A DNA stretch of 64,000 nucleotides from Callorhinchus milii (taxonomy: Eukaryota). The notes beneath the pieces were generated by a model. It did no database searches. It had not been told where the DNA came from and saw nothing but the letters and a program-made list of their open reading frames with translations. Every line of letters begins with the position of its first letter. Position 1 is the stretch's first letter. The stretch is from positions 106,580,001 through 106,644,000 of the forward strand of contig NW_024704743.1 in assembly GCF_018977255.1 (NCBI RefSeq). Direction: 5' to 3'. A program made the position numbers and the translations under genes. Positions 49,692 to 61,062 of the stretch are shown piece after piece.

Positions 49692-51545
49692 CAACAACAA
49701 CCACAACAAAATTACATTTGTAAAGTGCCTTTCACGTCGGGAGGACATCTCAAGGCGCTGGACAGTCAGTGTTTCGGACCCGAGCTGGGGGTTGGGATGG
49801 GGAGGGTGGAGGGCTGGCGGGGGAAGGAAGGTGATCGAAGGCACAGTCAAAGAGGCGGGTCTTGAGCTGGGTCTTGAAGGAGGCAAGGGAGGGAATGAGG
49901 CAGAGGGATTGCGGGATTGAGTTCCAGACGATGGGGACAGAGTGGTTGAAGGCCGCCCGCTAATGGGTGAGGCGGGGCACGTGAAGCAAACTGGAGCCCA
50001 CTGAGCGGAGGGAGGGGGCAGGTTGATAGGGGGTTAGGAGGTCGCAGACATAGTGTGGAGCAAGACCATGGAGGTGAGAACCAGGATCTTGACTGTATCC
50101 TCTGTGTGATGGGAAGCCAGTGGAGTTGAGCGAGGATGGGGGTGTTAGGGTCATGGAGCCTGGTGCAGGAGAAGACATGGGCTGCAGAGTTCAGGACGAT
50201 CTGCAGCCTATGGAGGGAGAAGTTGTGGAGGCCAACAAGCAGGGAATTTGCATAGTCAAGCCTGGATGTTATGAATGCATGTACGAGAGTTTCGGCAGCC
50301 TGCGGTGTGAGACAGTGGTGGAACCGGGTGATGTTGTGGAGATGGGGGAAGCCAGAGCAGGTCATGGCACGGACGTGGGGTAGAAAGGATAGTTGAGGGT
50401 CAAATAAGATGCCAAGGTTCCTGGATTGGCTCAGTGAGGAGGAGTGTGCATCTTTGGATAGTAATGCTGTCAGCGCCTGAGGTGTAGAGGCGCTGACGGG
50501 AGCCAATCAGGAGGGCCTCAGTCTTGTTGAAGTTCAACTGTAGAAAGTTAGCTCTCATCCAGGACTTGATGTCTGACAGACATTCTGTGTCAGGACAGCA
50601 GTGGTCCTGGAGTCGAGGTTGGAGGTAGAGAGGTAGAGTTGGGTGTCATCCGTGTAAATGTGGAAGTTAACCCCGTGTCTGCGGATGATGTCACCAAGAG
50701 GGAGCATATAGATATTGATGGGGAGGGGACCAAGGACAGAGTCCCGAGAAACGCTGCACGAGATGGTGCGGGGGCTAGAGGGGAAGCCATTTATTGAGAT
50801 GAAGTGGAGACAGTGTGAGAGGTAGGATCTGAACCATTCAAGGTCAGAACCATGAAGGTTGCGGTAAGAGGAAAGTCGGTGGAGGAGAATAGAGTGGTCA
50901 ACGGTATCAAAGGCAGCAGAGAGGTCAAGGAAGACGAGGCAGAGGGAGCCCTGGTCGCAGATGGACAGAATGTAATTTGTCACTTTGACCAAAGCTGTTT
51001 CTGTGCTGTGGGCGGCACGGAAACCCGATTGGAGGGGTTCGTGAAGGGAGTGGCGGGAGAGGGCGGAGCGAAGCTGGAAAGCAACGTCTCGTTCCACGAC
51101 GTTGGAGAGGAAAGGGAGTTTGGAAATGGGGTGATAGTTTGATAGCAAGGATAGGTCCAGGGAGGGTTTTTTAAGGATAGGAGTGATGATGGCCATTTCT
51201 GAAGGAGTGTGAATGGTGCCAGTGGACAGGAAGAGGTTTATGATGTATATAATAGTAATCCCTCCAAAACAAAACAATAATAAATTGGTCATTTTCAATC
51301 CACAACTATTTGTGGGACACTGCTGTGTGCAATTGGCTGCCGTGTTTTGCCCACAAATATACAGTCAATTCAATTTACAGTATATTCTGTGAAGCGCTTT
51401 GAGACGTTGAGAAGACGTGAAAAGCGCTATATCAAATGCAAGGATTATTATTATTATATGAGTAGAGGGGCAAGGAGGTGGAGCTGGGAGGTAATGAGAG
51501 GGAAGGGATGGGGTTGAGATGGAGGTGGGTTGGGTGGCGGTGTGG
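49692..51545 (-). mobile_element. L2-type LINE fragment (RT through 3' tail), longest in the window; interrupted by a SINE at 51250-51457
   Basis: ORF 50555..51298: QSGFRAAHSTETAL, FLDLSAAFDTVDH, FHIYTDDTQLY; ORF 49847..50506: HAFITSRLDYANSLL; L2-like sequence resumes at 51458. Confidence 0.95.
51250..51457 (+). mobile_element. 5'-truncated SINE nested in L2
   Basis: TAATCCCTCCAAAAC...GCAAGGATTATTA, flanked by TATAT on both sides. Confidence 0.9.
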
Positions 51546-51847
51546 AGAGAAATTGAGGAGTTAAGAGAGATGAAGTAATGTTCCGAGATGCAGCGGAGGT
51601 GAAACTAAATTGAATGTAGAAATCGTTTTTTGATGCAAGGAGAGGTGAATGTACTTCCCTGGAATGGATGGAGAATCTAGTGAGGAGTTTAAAAGATGAA
51701 TAAATACTTTGTAAATCAAGAGTATTACATGATTTTGAGAAAAGCGAGCAATGGGATTAACTCGGTAAAGATATTGTTTAACACAATTTGGCTGTTGTGT
51801 TCACCTATAAAATACGCAGTCACTATACTCTACAGTAAATCCTTTGA

Positions 51848-52209
51848 ATAATAATAATAATCCTTGCATTTGATATAGCACCTTATCACGTCTCATGGCA
51901 CTTCACATAATATACTGTGAAGTGAATTGACTGTATATTTTGTAGGTAAAATGCAGCAGTCAATTGCGCATAGAAGTGTCCCACAAACAGTCGTGGATTG
52001 AGTGAACAATTTATAATTTTGTTTTGAAGGAATTATTACCCCCAGAAAAGCAATCCGCCAATCGACTAACAACTGGATTTCTACTTACTGCTAGATAAAC
52101 AGAGGCGTGAGATGTAAGGAAACTTGCCTCACGTTTTGCCATTCTAGGAATCGCACCCAGGTCTCTCGCTTGCGAGGCGAGTGCTCTAACCACTGAGCTA
52201 CAGAACTCC
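51848..52209 (-). mobile_element. tRNA-Ala-derived SINE, long subfamily
   Basis: Antisense head CTAACCACTGAGCTACAG, long internal segment, (AAT)n tail. Confidence 0.92.
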
Positions 52210-53834
52210 ACAAAACTCTATACTATACTCACAGAAGCTATACTCATAGAATAAAATTGGTGTACTTGTCAATTTTGTCTTCTTTGCCCTTCACGATCTA
52301 ATGGTCTAAATTCCATTGGATATTTGTTAGGTTTTGAAATAAGTTTTTATTTTAGATGAGGGAAGCTCTATTCAGACACATGAGTGGATAATTGCACGAG
52401 GGACTGGGTATCTCACAACTTCAAAATGAGCAAAAATTGTAATAAAACAGATTTTACATTTTAAACAGATTAATAAGTACATGAGGTGGTTTTCCACTAA
52501 AGGGAATATAATGTGAAAAAAGATTACACTGCAAAACAGTGCGAACTCGATTCGAAAGCAAATCCACAGAGAACTGTTTGTACAATAGCATAAGTAAATT
52601 CAGCCTGAATACTAATTAAATTATTCCAGGTCAACCGATTTTGATGATAATTACATTTAAAATGGAAGCAATTTTAATCAGGAGTATATTATGACAGCAG
52701 TTAAACATATTTTAGGTACAGTATAATTATTGTAACTGACTATTTCTTAAGTAGCTTCATTTTTGTGCTGACATCGTTTTGTCCGCAATTTAACTGTCTC
52801 ACAAAATCTCCCAGGTAAACAGGAATAATGTGAATTAATTTAAGTGAGAACAACTTCAAATTTCATGATCTGATATTTGCACACCGGAAGCAATGAACTG
52901 AATAATACCACTTCTTGTTCTCCCCTTCTTCCATTGTATTCACATTCACTTTGCTTTTTGGAATTAGGTGTTTGTTAATTCTTGTATAATACCACAGTCC
53001 TGTTATTATCCATTTGCTCCAATGGAGATCTAGCTGCAGCTATGGCTGTGGCAAATGCAGCGGGAAGATGCATTACTTCCTTCCAAACTGCTCGTTACCT
53101 TTACTGAATAACTGTTGTGCTCATCAAGGTGAGTAATGATAGTGCTGGGAAAACAACATTTTCCCGGGTGGGACATTCGGGGTCAGTGTCAAAAAGCCCA
53201 GGTCACATTTAGCATGGCCTGAAGCAGAGTACAGCTCCTTCTGCTCTGAGTCGAGTTTTTAAGAGTCATCGTGACGTTGATAGTATTTTATGCTAGAGAT
53301 ACATTTTACACTGAGAGTCTTTTTCAACTACCAGTGTTGGCAGGCTATTTGACCATTGTTTCCTAATCCACTAAAAGTCCATTTGATGTACTTTTTCTCT
53401 CCCTGTTAAACCCCTTTGTTCATTGCAATATTCAGCTGAAGACCATTTGTAGTGAAACAGAGATAGAAGCTAATGATTAAATTCAGCAAATAATCCTTCA
53501 CAAATTGGCGTCTTGTGCTGTAAGTGCTACTGGACTCGTTCCCATGTAGTTAACTCCACTGAAATGAACATTTAGTCCTGGGCCTTGGCAACCCTGTAAT
53601 TTATCTCAATTAAATGAATCCACAGCAATTAAGTTGATAAACAGAACAGAAAAAAGAATGTCAGTGCTTATAGAGGGCTGAACGAAACCAGTTCACATAG
53701 AGGACTATTTGTTACATTTAAGGATGATCGCAGCAAAGTGATTCACATCTTTTCTCCTTCATTAATTTTCCCCCTCCTGGAGGTGTTTATTTCTGACAAG
53801 TGCCAGTCACCCTCCGGTATTCTGCTAAAACAGG

Positions 53835-54215
53835 AAAATGGGAACGGCAGGAAGCCATTCAACACTTTGATCGGTCCCAGCTTCTCGACATATCTTTTAA
53901 TTCCAATTCTTCACCCTTTCGCCATATACCTTTATACCTCTGCTACCCAAGTGTCTGCCTACCTCTCCTTTAAACATCCCTATTGATTTCACCTCTATGG
54001 CTTTCTGGGCCAAAGCATTACACATCTTCACCACTTTCTGTGTGAAGAAATGCTTCCTGACCTCAATTCTGACTGTCAAGGCTCTGATTTTAAGGCTATT
54101 TCCCCTCGTAACCCCTCTACCAAAAGAGTCATCTAGTACCTAATCCATCAATTCCTTTTATTTTTTTCCTTTAACCTCAATAAAATTTTAACCTCCTCTG
54201 CTCGAAGGAATAAAG
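53835..54215 (-). mobile_element. Old CR1 3' fragment
   Basis: ORF 53897..54079: VRKHFFTQKVVKMCNAL. Confidence 0.8.
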
Positions 54216-54239
54216 TACCACCCCCCCCCCCCCCACCCA

Positions 54240-54375
54240 TGGGTGAGCCTTGAAATCTTTACAAGTTGTTCAACTGGGAAAGCATCACTGCCAAACCTAA
54301 TCCTGTCTTCACCCAGCATCACCACATCTGGATAAATTAGGAGCAGGAACCCAGGTAGATTTTCCGCTCTTTAAA
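54240..54375 (-). mobile_element. AmnSINE2-like fragment
   Basis: Reverse complement GGGTTCCTGCTCCTAA...GGGTGAAGACAGGATTAGGTTTGGCAGTGATGC resembles the recalled AmnSINE2 body. Confidence 0.5.
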
Positions 54376-54377
54376 CC

Positions 54378-54752
54378 AGTCCTGTAGCTCAGTGGTTAGA
54401 GCACTCACCTCACAAGCGAGAGACCCGGGTTTGATTCCTGGCAGAGCGAAATGTTGGGCAAGTTTCCTTATACCACATGCCTCTGTTTACCTAGCAGTAA
54501 GTAGGAACCCGGTTGTTAGTCAATTGGCAGATCGCTTTTCCGGCGGTAATAAGTCCTTCAAAAAAAATACAAATAAGGAATTGGTAACTTCAATCCACGA
54601 CTGTTTATAGGACACTGCTCTGCGCAATTGGCTGCAGCATTTATCCCACAAAATATACAGTCAATTCACTTTACAGTATATTCTGTGAAGCGCTTTAAGA
54701 CATCTCGAAAACGTGATAAGGCGCTATATCAAATGCAAGGATTATTATTATT
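54378..54752 (+). mobile_element. tRNA-Ala-derived SINE, long subfamily
   Basis: AGTCCTGTAGCTCAGTGGTTAGAGC head, long segment, (ATT)n tail. Confidence 0.94.
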
Positions 54753-55328
54753 AGTGATTGTATTAAATAAATCTGTTATAAAATCTCCATGATGTAATTA
54801 AATGCAATATCAAACAAAGGAAACTAAAAAGAATCAATACTAATACCACAGGATTGGAAACAAGCAAAGGAAAATGCAGAAGAAGAAAACTAACGAGATA
54901 GGCAGATGAAAAGTAAATGCTTCGGAAACTAATTTCTTTCAGAATAGGAAAACGAGAAAAGCTTAACTAAAAACAGTGAACTTACTACTTGGCCATTTAC
55001 TGTCTGATTGAATCTTAGTCAAATGCATCTCACAATTCCAAAATGCCATTAATAGCTATTCAGCAAATCAAAACTTGCAGAATGTAAATGAAATGACATT
55101 TCTGTCCTTATTCCTTTTGCTTAAGGAAAGAATGAATGGGCAATGATGCAAAGCATTTAAAATCAAGCTTAATTATTGTCTTTCAACAGAAAATGATGCT
55201 TTGGAGCTAAGTGACAGGGTGAGATGTTTGCTATGTGAAATATCCCCGCACTTCAATCCCCTACCCCCGTTGTAGCATCACACAGTGCCAGCTCTTCTTT
55301 CTTTCTTCCACTCTCAAGCCCTAAGTCA

Positions 55329-55355
55329 CTCTCTCTCTCTCTCTCTCTCTCTCTC
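55329..55355. repeat. (CT)n microsatellite
   Basis: Direct reading of the sequence. Confidence 0.95.
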
Positions 55356-56019
55356 AGCCTCTTGTTCTTTCTCAGTCCGAGTCTCTAATTTTCTGACTTT
55401 TTAATCTCTCCAGCTCCCGTCCCTGGCTCGGCTGTCCGCATTATGAAGCTCTTCAAGACGTCCACCTGACGTGAAAGGGACTATATAAATGTAAATTATA
55501 TTATGTTGTAGATCAACTTCTTGTATGTGTACACCATATATGAGAAATATGTTTTATCTTTCACACAGGAAATATTTGTTCCATTGGGTGCCCTTAGAAA
55601 AAAAACAAAGAAATTCTAAGCAGAGCTCAGAAAATTGACAAATATTTTTAATCTGCCATGTTTGGATATCTTCCAGGACCAGGCAGTTTGTTTCTTAAAT
55701 GGTTTAATTTCTTGTGTGCTATGCCCTGATCTGGGATATGCAATGTGTTCTGCAGTTCTCAGATAAAGACTGCCTGCAAACGCACATTACACGGCACAAC
55801 CAATTTTGCAGAATCTGTGGTATTCGTTTGAAATTAGAATGAAAACAAATTCTCTTTTATGACCTCAGGCCTGCCTTCAGAGTTTCTGACTGGCGACAAC
55901 AGCATTTCGGAAGATCTCTACCAGTGTGACATATGCATATTCTTTCATTGCAAAAAAGGCCGCTTTACAGCACTGTGAAACCCTTTGAGACGTCCTCCCG
56001 ATTGCTATATCCTGTAGGG

Positions 56020-56415
56020 CACCATGGTCCAACAGGCGGCGGGCGGGTGATTTTATGCAGTCTGCGATCATTTCCAACATTCCAACTTCCACTCCCTCCC
56101 TCCCTGGATAACTGCAGGAGCCGGTGGTTGGGAGGAAGCAACTCGCAGAGCCTTTACTGCAGTTTGTCAGGAAGGCAAGCGCGTCTCTTGTCAACCGCTG
56201 GCTCCTGTCGCTGCAGATAGTGTGAACTGCGCTTAGGGAGAGACATCAGGAGAGAGAGGGATTGAGACAGGGAGGAGGGGGGGAAAGAGGAGGTGGGGGG
56301 AGAGGAGGGAGAGAGGGGGGGAAGAGATAGAGAGGGAGAGAGGAGGGGGAGAAGGAGGAGGGTGGAGAGGAGGTGTGGGCGAGAGAGAGAAGGGGGGGAG
56401 AGAGAAGATGGGGAT
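56020..56415 (-). repeat. Inverted-repeat arm A (GC-rich core + GA tract), hAT-like end
   Basis: Reverse complement aligns with 58245-58680 (CACTATCTGCAGCG, CAAGAGACGC.CTTGCCTTCCTGACA, CCCAACCACCGG.TCCTGCAG, GTTGGAATGTTGGAAATG). Confidence 0.85.
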
Positions 56416-56777
56416 CGGGGGTATTGGCTTCTGGCCAAGGAACAGAAAAAAACCAACTTATTATATTCAGCCCACTTTTAATAAAGACCTGAGAACAGAG
56501 GAACCAAAGGCATTCAGCAACTCATGCTTTGAAAATTCTTTTACTTGATAAGAAATGTAAAGTTTGTTAGTTCAATTATCACAAATACAACAAACAAGTC
56601 ACTAGTATAGACAAATGTCCACATCAAAGTCAGTTGGTAAAATTCACAAACAGCAGGCAAAAGTCTTGCATCAATGAAAAGTTTCTTGATTCAGATCCAA
56701 AGCAACTTGCTTGGGTTCGTTGATTAAGAAAGTAAAAGTTGAATCTTCAATGATGTACAGCTGAGCTGTGTACTTTA

Positions 56778-57102
56778 ATAATAATAATAATAATAATCCT
56801 TGCATTTGATATAGCGCTTTTCACGTCGGGAGGACGTCCCAAAGCGCTTCACAGAATAGACTGTAAAGTGAATTGACTGTATATTTGTGGGCGAACGCGG
56901 CAGCCAATTGCGCACAGCAATGTCCCACAAACAGTCGTAGATTGAAAATGACCAATTTTTATTATTGTTTTTGTTTTTTTTGGAGGGATTATTATTAGGC
57001 GTGTGGAGTAAGGAAACTTGCCCAAGGTTTCGCCCTGCCTGGAATTGAACTCAGGTCTCTCACTTGCAAAGCGAGTGCTCTAACCACTGAGCTACAGGAC
57101 TC
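56778..57102 (-). mobile_element. tRNA-Ala-derived SINE, short subfamily, young, with TSD
   Basis: Near-identical to 34131-34461; TACTTTA at both 56771-56777 and 57103-57109. Confidence 0.95.
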
Positions 57103-57719
57103 TACTTTACTCGACAATTGTTATACATTGTTATTCTTCTCCGCCTGTTACTTTTCAAATTATTTCAGACGTTCTGGAATTTCTGCAGTTTTCCTTCTTC
57201 CTGAAATTGCTGGAGTCATCGAAAGTTGATGAAATGATGGAACAGTCCAAGTCTGACAGCTTTTAAGCCTAAAGACAAGCAGATTTTTTTTACCACTTCA
57301 TATCGTCACATGAAAGGTGGCTCTTGTGTGGACAGCACCTGATATGCTCTGTCATAGGCTGAACAAATTATAGTTCAACCATTCATCTTTTATAATGTTT
57401 TTTTTCCAGTCAGGATGAGAATGCAAAATCTTTCCAATATCACGTTCTTGAAGCATATTCTCATATAAATTACTACACCTGTAGAATTATTTTTGTTAGC
57501 GTTATAGAAGAACATCTTCCTAAGATTATAATCTGCAGAATTGTTACACAACTTGATTTGTTATAGAGAACATCTTTAACACAAACATGAATTTGTTATG
57601 AAAAAAACATCTTCGAACAAACTTTAGCTGTAATAAACATGTCTCTTTTTTAAAAATAATGCTTTTGATTACACGGGTAAACATATATTCACAATTTCAG
57701 TTATGAGGCGGGATCACAA

Positions 57720-58470
57720 CGGAAGGGAGGAGGGGGAGAGAGATTAGTGGGAGAGAGGAGGAGGGGAAGAGCAAGGAGTAGGGAGACAGATGGGGGAGAC
57801 AGAGTGGGGTGGGGGAGATTGGAAGGGGAGAGAGAAAAAAGTGTATGTGTGAGAGGCAAGAAAGGAGGTGTGAGAGAGATTGTGAGAGAATGATTGAGAG
57901 GGGGAGAGAAGAGAGAGATTGAGAGAGTGTGAGAGGGGGAGAGTGAGAGAGGCGGAGAGAGTGTGAGGTGGGAGGGAGTGAATGTGAGGGCAAGAGGGAG
58001 AGAAAGAAACGGGAGAGATTGAAAGAAGATGAATGACAGTTTGAGAGGGGATGGAAAGAGTGTGTGGGGGACAGAGTGTGTGAGAGAGAGAAGGAGAGGG
58101 GGAAAGAGAGGAGAGGGGTGAGAGAGTGATTGAGAGAGGGGAGATGGAGTGTGAGAGGGAAGAGAGAGTGTGAGAGGGGAGTGAGAGAGAGTAATTGAGA
58201 GAGAGAGAGAGAGAGAGAAAGAGTGTGATAGGAGCAAGAAGTGCTTCTCTGTCCCCTCTCCCCCCTCTTTCTCTCCTCATCTCCCCGCCTCTCTTGAGCT
58301 CTCCCCCTCTCCCCTCCATCTCCGCCCTCTCCCTCTCTACCCTCTCCTTTTCCCCCTCCTCTCTCCCATTCTATCTCTTCTCCCCCTCCCTCTCCCCATC
58401 TCTCCCGCTACTCTCTCTCCCCTCCCATTCTCCCTCTCCCCATCCCCTCCCAACCTCTCTCTCTCACAAT
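57720..58470. repeat. GA-rich tract followed by a CT-rich tract (low complexity)
   Basis: Purine-rich 57720-58230, pyrimidine-rich 58245-58470; source of the S/L/P- and R/E/G-rich ORFs. Confidence 0.9.
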
Positions 58471-58757
58471 CTCTCTCCCAAGCGCGGGTCACTATCTGCA
58501 GCGGTAGGAACTGGCAGTCGGTTGCTAAGGGCGCAGTTGGCAAGAGACGCACTTGCCTTCCTGACAGACTGCAATAAAGGCTCTTTGAGCTGCGTCATCC
58601 CAACCACCGGTTCCTGCAGCTGCCCTGGGAGGACATTCCAGGGAGGGAGGGATGGAGAGGGTTGGAATGTTGGAAATGGCCTCGGGCCAGATGCGGCCCA
58701 CGGACCTTTCTCAAATAGGGAATTCGGCCCACGGCAGCAAAAGGTTGGACCGTCTGG
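58245..58757 (+). repeat. Inverted-repeat arm B, hAT/Charlie-like end
   Basis: Homologous to arm A; carries the GGGCCAGATGCGGCCC palindrome and ...CGGCCCACGGCAGCAAAAGGTTGGAC terminus. Confidence 0.8.
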
Positions 58758-59121
58758 CTGTAGAATAATGGTTAGAGCACTCGCCACACAAACAAGAGGT
58801 CCTGGGTTCGATTTCCTGGCAGTGTGAAATGATAGGGAGTTTCCTTTCTCCACACGCCTCTGTTTACCCAGCAGTAAGTAGAATCCGGTTGTTAGTCGAT
58901 TAGCGGATCGCTTTTCCGGTGGTAATAATCCCTTAAAAAAAATCGGGCCACTCAATCTGTGACTGTTTGTGGGACACCATTGTGCGCAATTGCCTGCTGC
59001 GTTTCGCCCACAAAATATACAGTCAATTCACTTCACAGTATATTTTGTGAAACACTTTGAGATATCTCGAAAATGTGATAAGACGCTATTTCAAATGCAA
59101 GGATTATTATTTTTTTTATTA
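58758..59121 (+). mobile_element. tRNA-Ala-derived SINE, long subfamily
   Basis: TGGTTAGAGCACTCGCC head, GGTTCGATTTCC B box, long segment, tail. Confidence 0.9.
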
Positions 59122-59559
59122 TTCAGTGTGTGTTAGTACAGGTTTCATAGCTGGGAGAACACTTCTGCTAGCAATTGGGTTGAGACCAGGCTAGGAAATG
59201 AATACTGGTTTGAGGAAAGTTGAGTTAAGGATACAATTCTTCATTAGTATTCAGCTATACACACAATAAGCATTAAAATGTAGTAAATATATCTGTAGGG
59301 TGTTAACACTGAAACAATGGCACAATTCATTTGAATAAAAAATGGTTATGATATTCTCTTGGATGTGGATCGTATTGCAAATTACAAGAATGGGAAGACA
59401 ATTTCAGGATTAAAGTAAAGTTACCAAAATAAAGTAAGATTATACAGTAATCTGTACCAACAATCTCCCAGGTAAAACTGACAATTCACTTCATGGCTAT
59501 TTGTACTCAAATTGGCTGCCATGTTCACCAACAAAAACAAAGTGATTGCATTGCAGTGT

Positions 59560-59950
59560 GTCAGCTTGGCACGGTTTGTAACACACTTGCCTCTGAGTCA
59601 GAAGGTTGTGGGTTCAAGCCCCATGTCGCGAATTGGAAGTCATATAGTCGAGGCTGACACTTCAAAGCAGTGCTGGGGGAACGCGGCATTGTCAAAGGTG
59701 CCATCGTTTGGATGAGATGTTAAGCTGATGTTCCATTTGCCTCTTCCTGTGTCCTGGCCAACAATCCCCCTTTAAAATTGGTTTTAATTATTCATGGCTA
59801 TTTGTGGGACATTGCTGTGTGCAACTTGGCTGCTGCATTCACCCACAAAACACACAGTCACTCCACTTCGCAGAATATACTGTGAAACACTTTAGGATGT
59901 CCTCCTGACATGAAAGGCAGTCTATCAAATGTAAGGATTATTTTATTATT
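59560..59950 (+). mobile_element. Deu-domain SINE
   Basis: GCCTCTGAGTCAGAAGGTTGTGGGTTCAAGCCCC head; GGTGCCATCGTTTGGATGAGATGTTAA; L2-type tail. Confidence 0.85.
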
Positions 59951-60296
59951 CAAATCCTTTGACACATATTGACGACATAAGGTGCTATATCAAAATGCAA
60001 AGACTATTATTATTATTAAACTTCAATAATGTGAATGAAGAAATGAAGATCTCCAGCTCTTGGTCATATCAGCACATGATTCATAGTTTATAAAAGCTCA
60101 GACACTGAGAGTGGGATGAAGTGAGTGAGAAACAGGTAACAGGTTACACTTGTCTAACATGTTGAAGGTTAGGACAGCTTTTACTTGTTACTCTCAGGAT
60201 GATTACATCCGAGTTATTTATTGATTCTTCATCAAAGAACTTCCACCATTCACAAACTCTCTGTACTTGTAAGTGATTCAACAGAAGTCAAGTTGT

Positions 60297-61062
60297 ATAT
60301 TGATGCATTTTGGGAGGAAGAATGAGGAGAGCCAATATAAGCTGATGGTACAATCTTAAAAGAGGTGAAGGAACAGAGAGACCTGGAGGTTCATTTAAGC
60401 AAATTTTTGAAGGTGGCAGGATATGTAGATAAAGCTATTAAAAAAGCATACGGGATAGAAGGCTTTATAAATAGGGGCATGGAACACAAATGTTAGGAAG
60501 TTATGATAAACCTTTATAAAACACTGGTTAGGCCTCAGCTAGAGTACTGTGTTTAGTTCTGGGCACCACACTTTAGGAAGGATGTCAAGGCATTGGAGAG
60601 AGTGCAAAGGAGATTTACCAGAATGGTACCAGGAATGAGGGACTTCAGTTATGAGGGAGGCTAGAGAATCTAGGATTATTCCCCTTGAGCAGAGAAGGTT
60701 AAGAGGAGACTTAATAGAAGATTTCAAAATTATGAGGGGATTCAATAGGGTGAAAAGGAGTAACTATTTCTACTGAATGTAACCTGAGGACTCCGATTTA
60801 AAATAGTTGTTAAAAGAAATGGGAGGTGAGAAGAATTTTTTTTACACAGCGAGTTGTTCGGATCTGGAATGCATTGCCTAAAAGGGTGGTGGAAGCTGAT
60901 TCGATAACAACTTTTAAGAGAGAAGTAGATAATTATTTGGGGAAGGCAGGGCTATGGGGAGAGAGTGGGGGAGTGGGATTGATTTGGATATCTCTTTTAA
61001 AAGAGCTGGCACAGACACGATGGGCCAAGTGGCCTCCTTCTGTGCTGTATAATTCTATGATT
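60297..61062 (+). mobile_element. CR1-type LINE 3' fragment
   Basis: Reverse-complement homologue of 689-1450; RRIFFTQRVVRIWNALP; tail GCCTCCTTCTGTGCTGTATAATTCTATGATT. Confidence 0.93.

Noticed and set aside
50555..51298. Longest ORF (247 aa) as a functional reverse transcriptase gene
   Set aside because: A chimera of antisense SINE sequence and a decayed L2 RT (YTDD instead of YADD, degenerate PQG motif, frameshifts downstream, no endonuclease domain).
57495..57625. TTGTTATAG..AACATCTT repeated three times, superficially repeat-spacer-like
   Set aside because: Degenerate, with irregular spacing, in a vertebrate context and with no cas genes; a decayed minisatellite, not CRISPR.
57697..58955. 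Overlapping 98-210 aa ORFs rich in S/L/P or R/E/G
   Set aside because: Products of stop-poor GA/CT tracts, the inverted-repeat arm and a SINE; no protein motif.
689..61062. Inverted CR1 copies near both window ends as boundaries of one large element
   Set aside because: Independent 5'-truncated insertions of an abundant family; a third copy lies at 19155.
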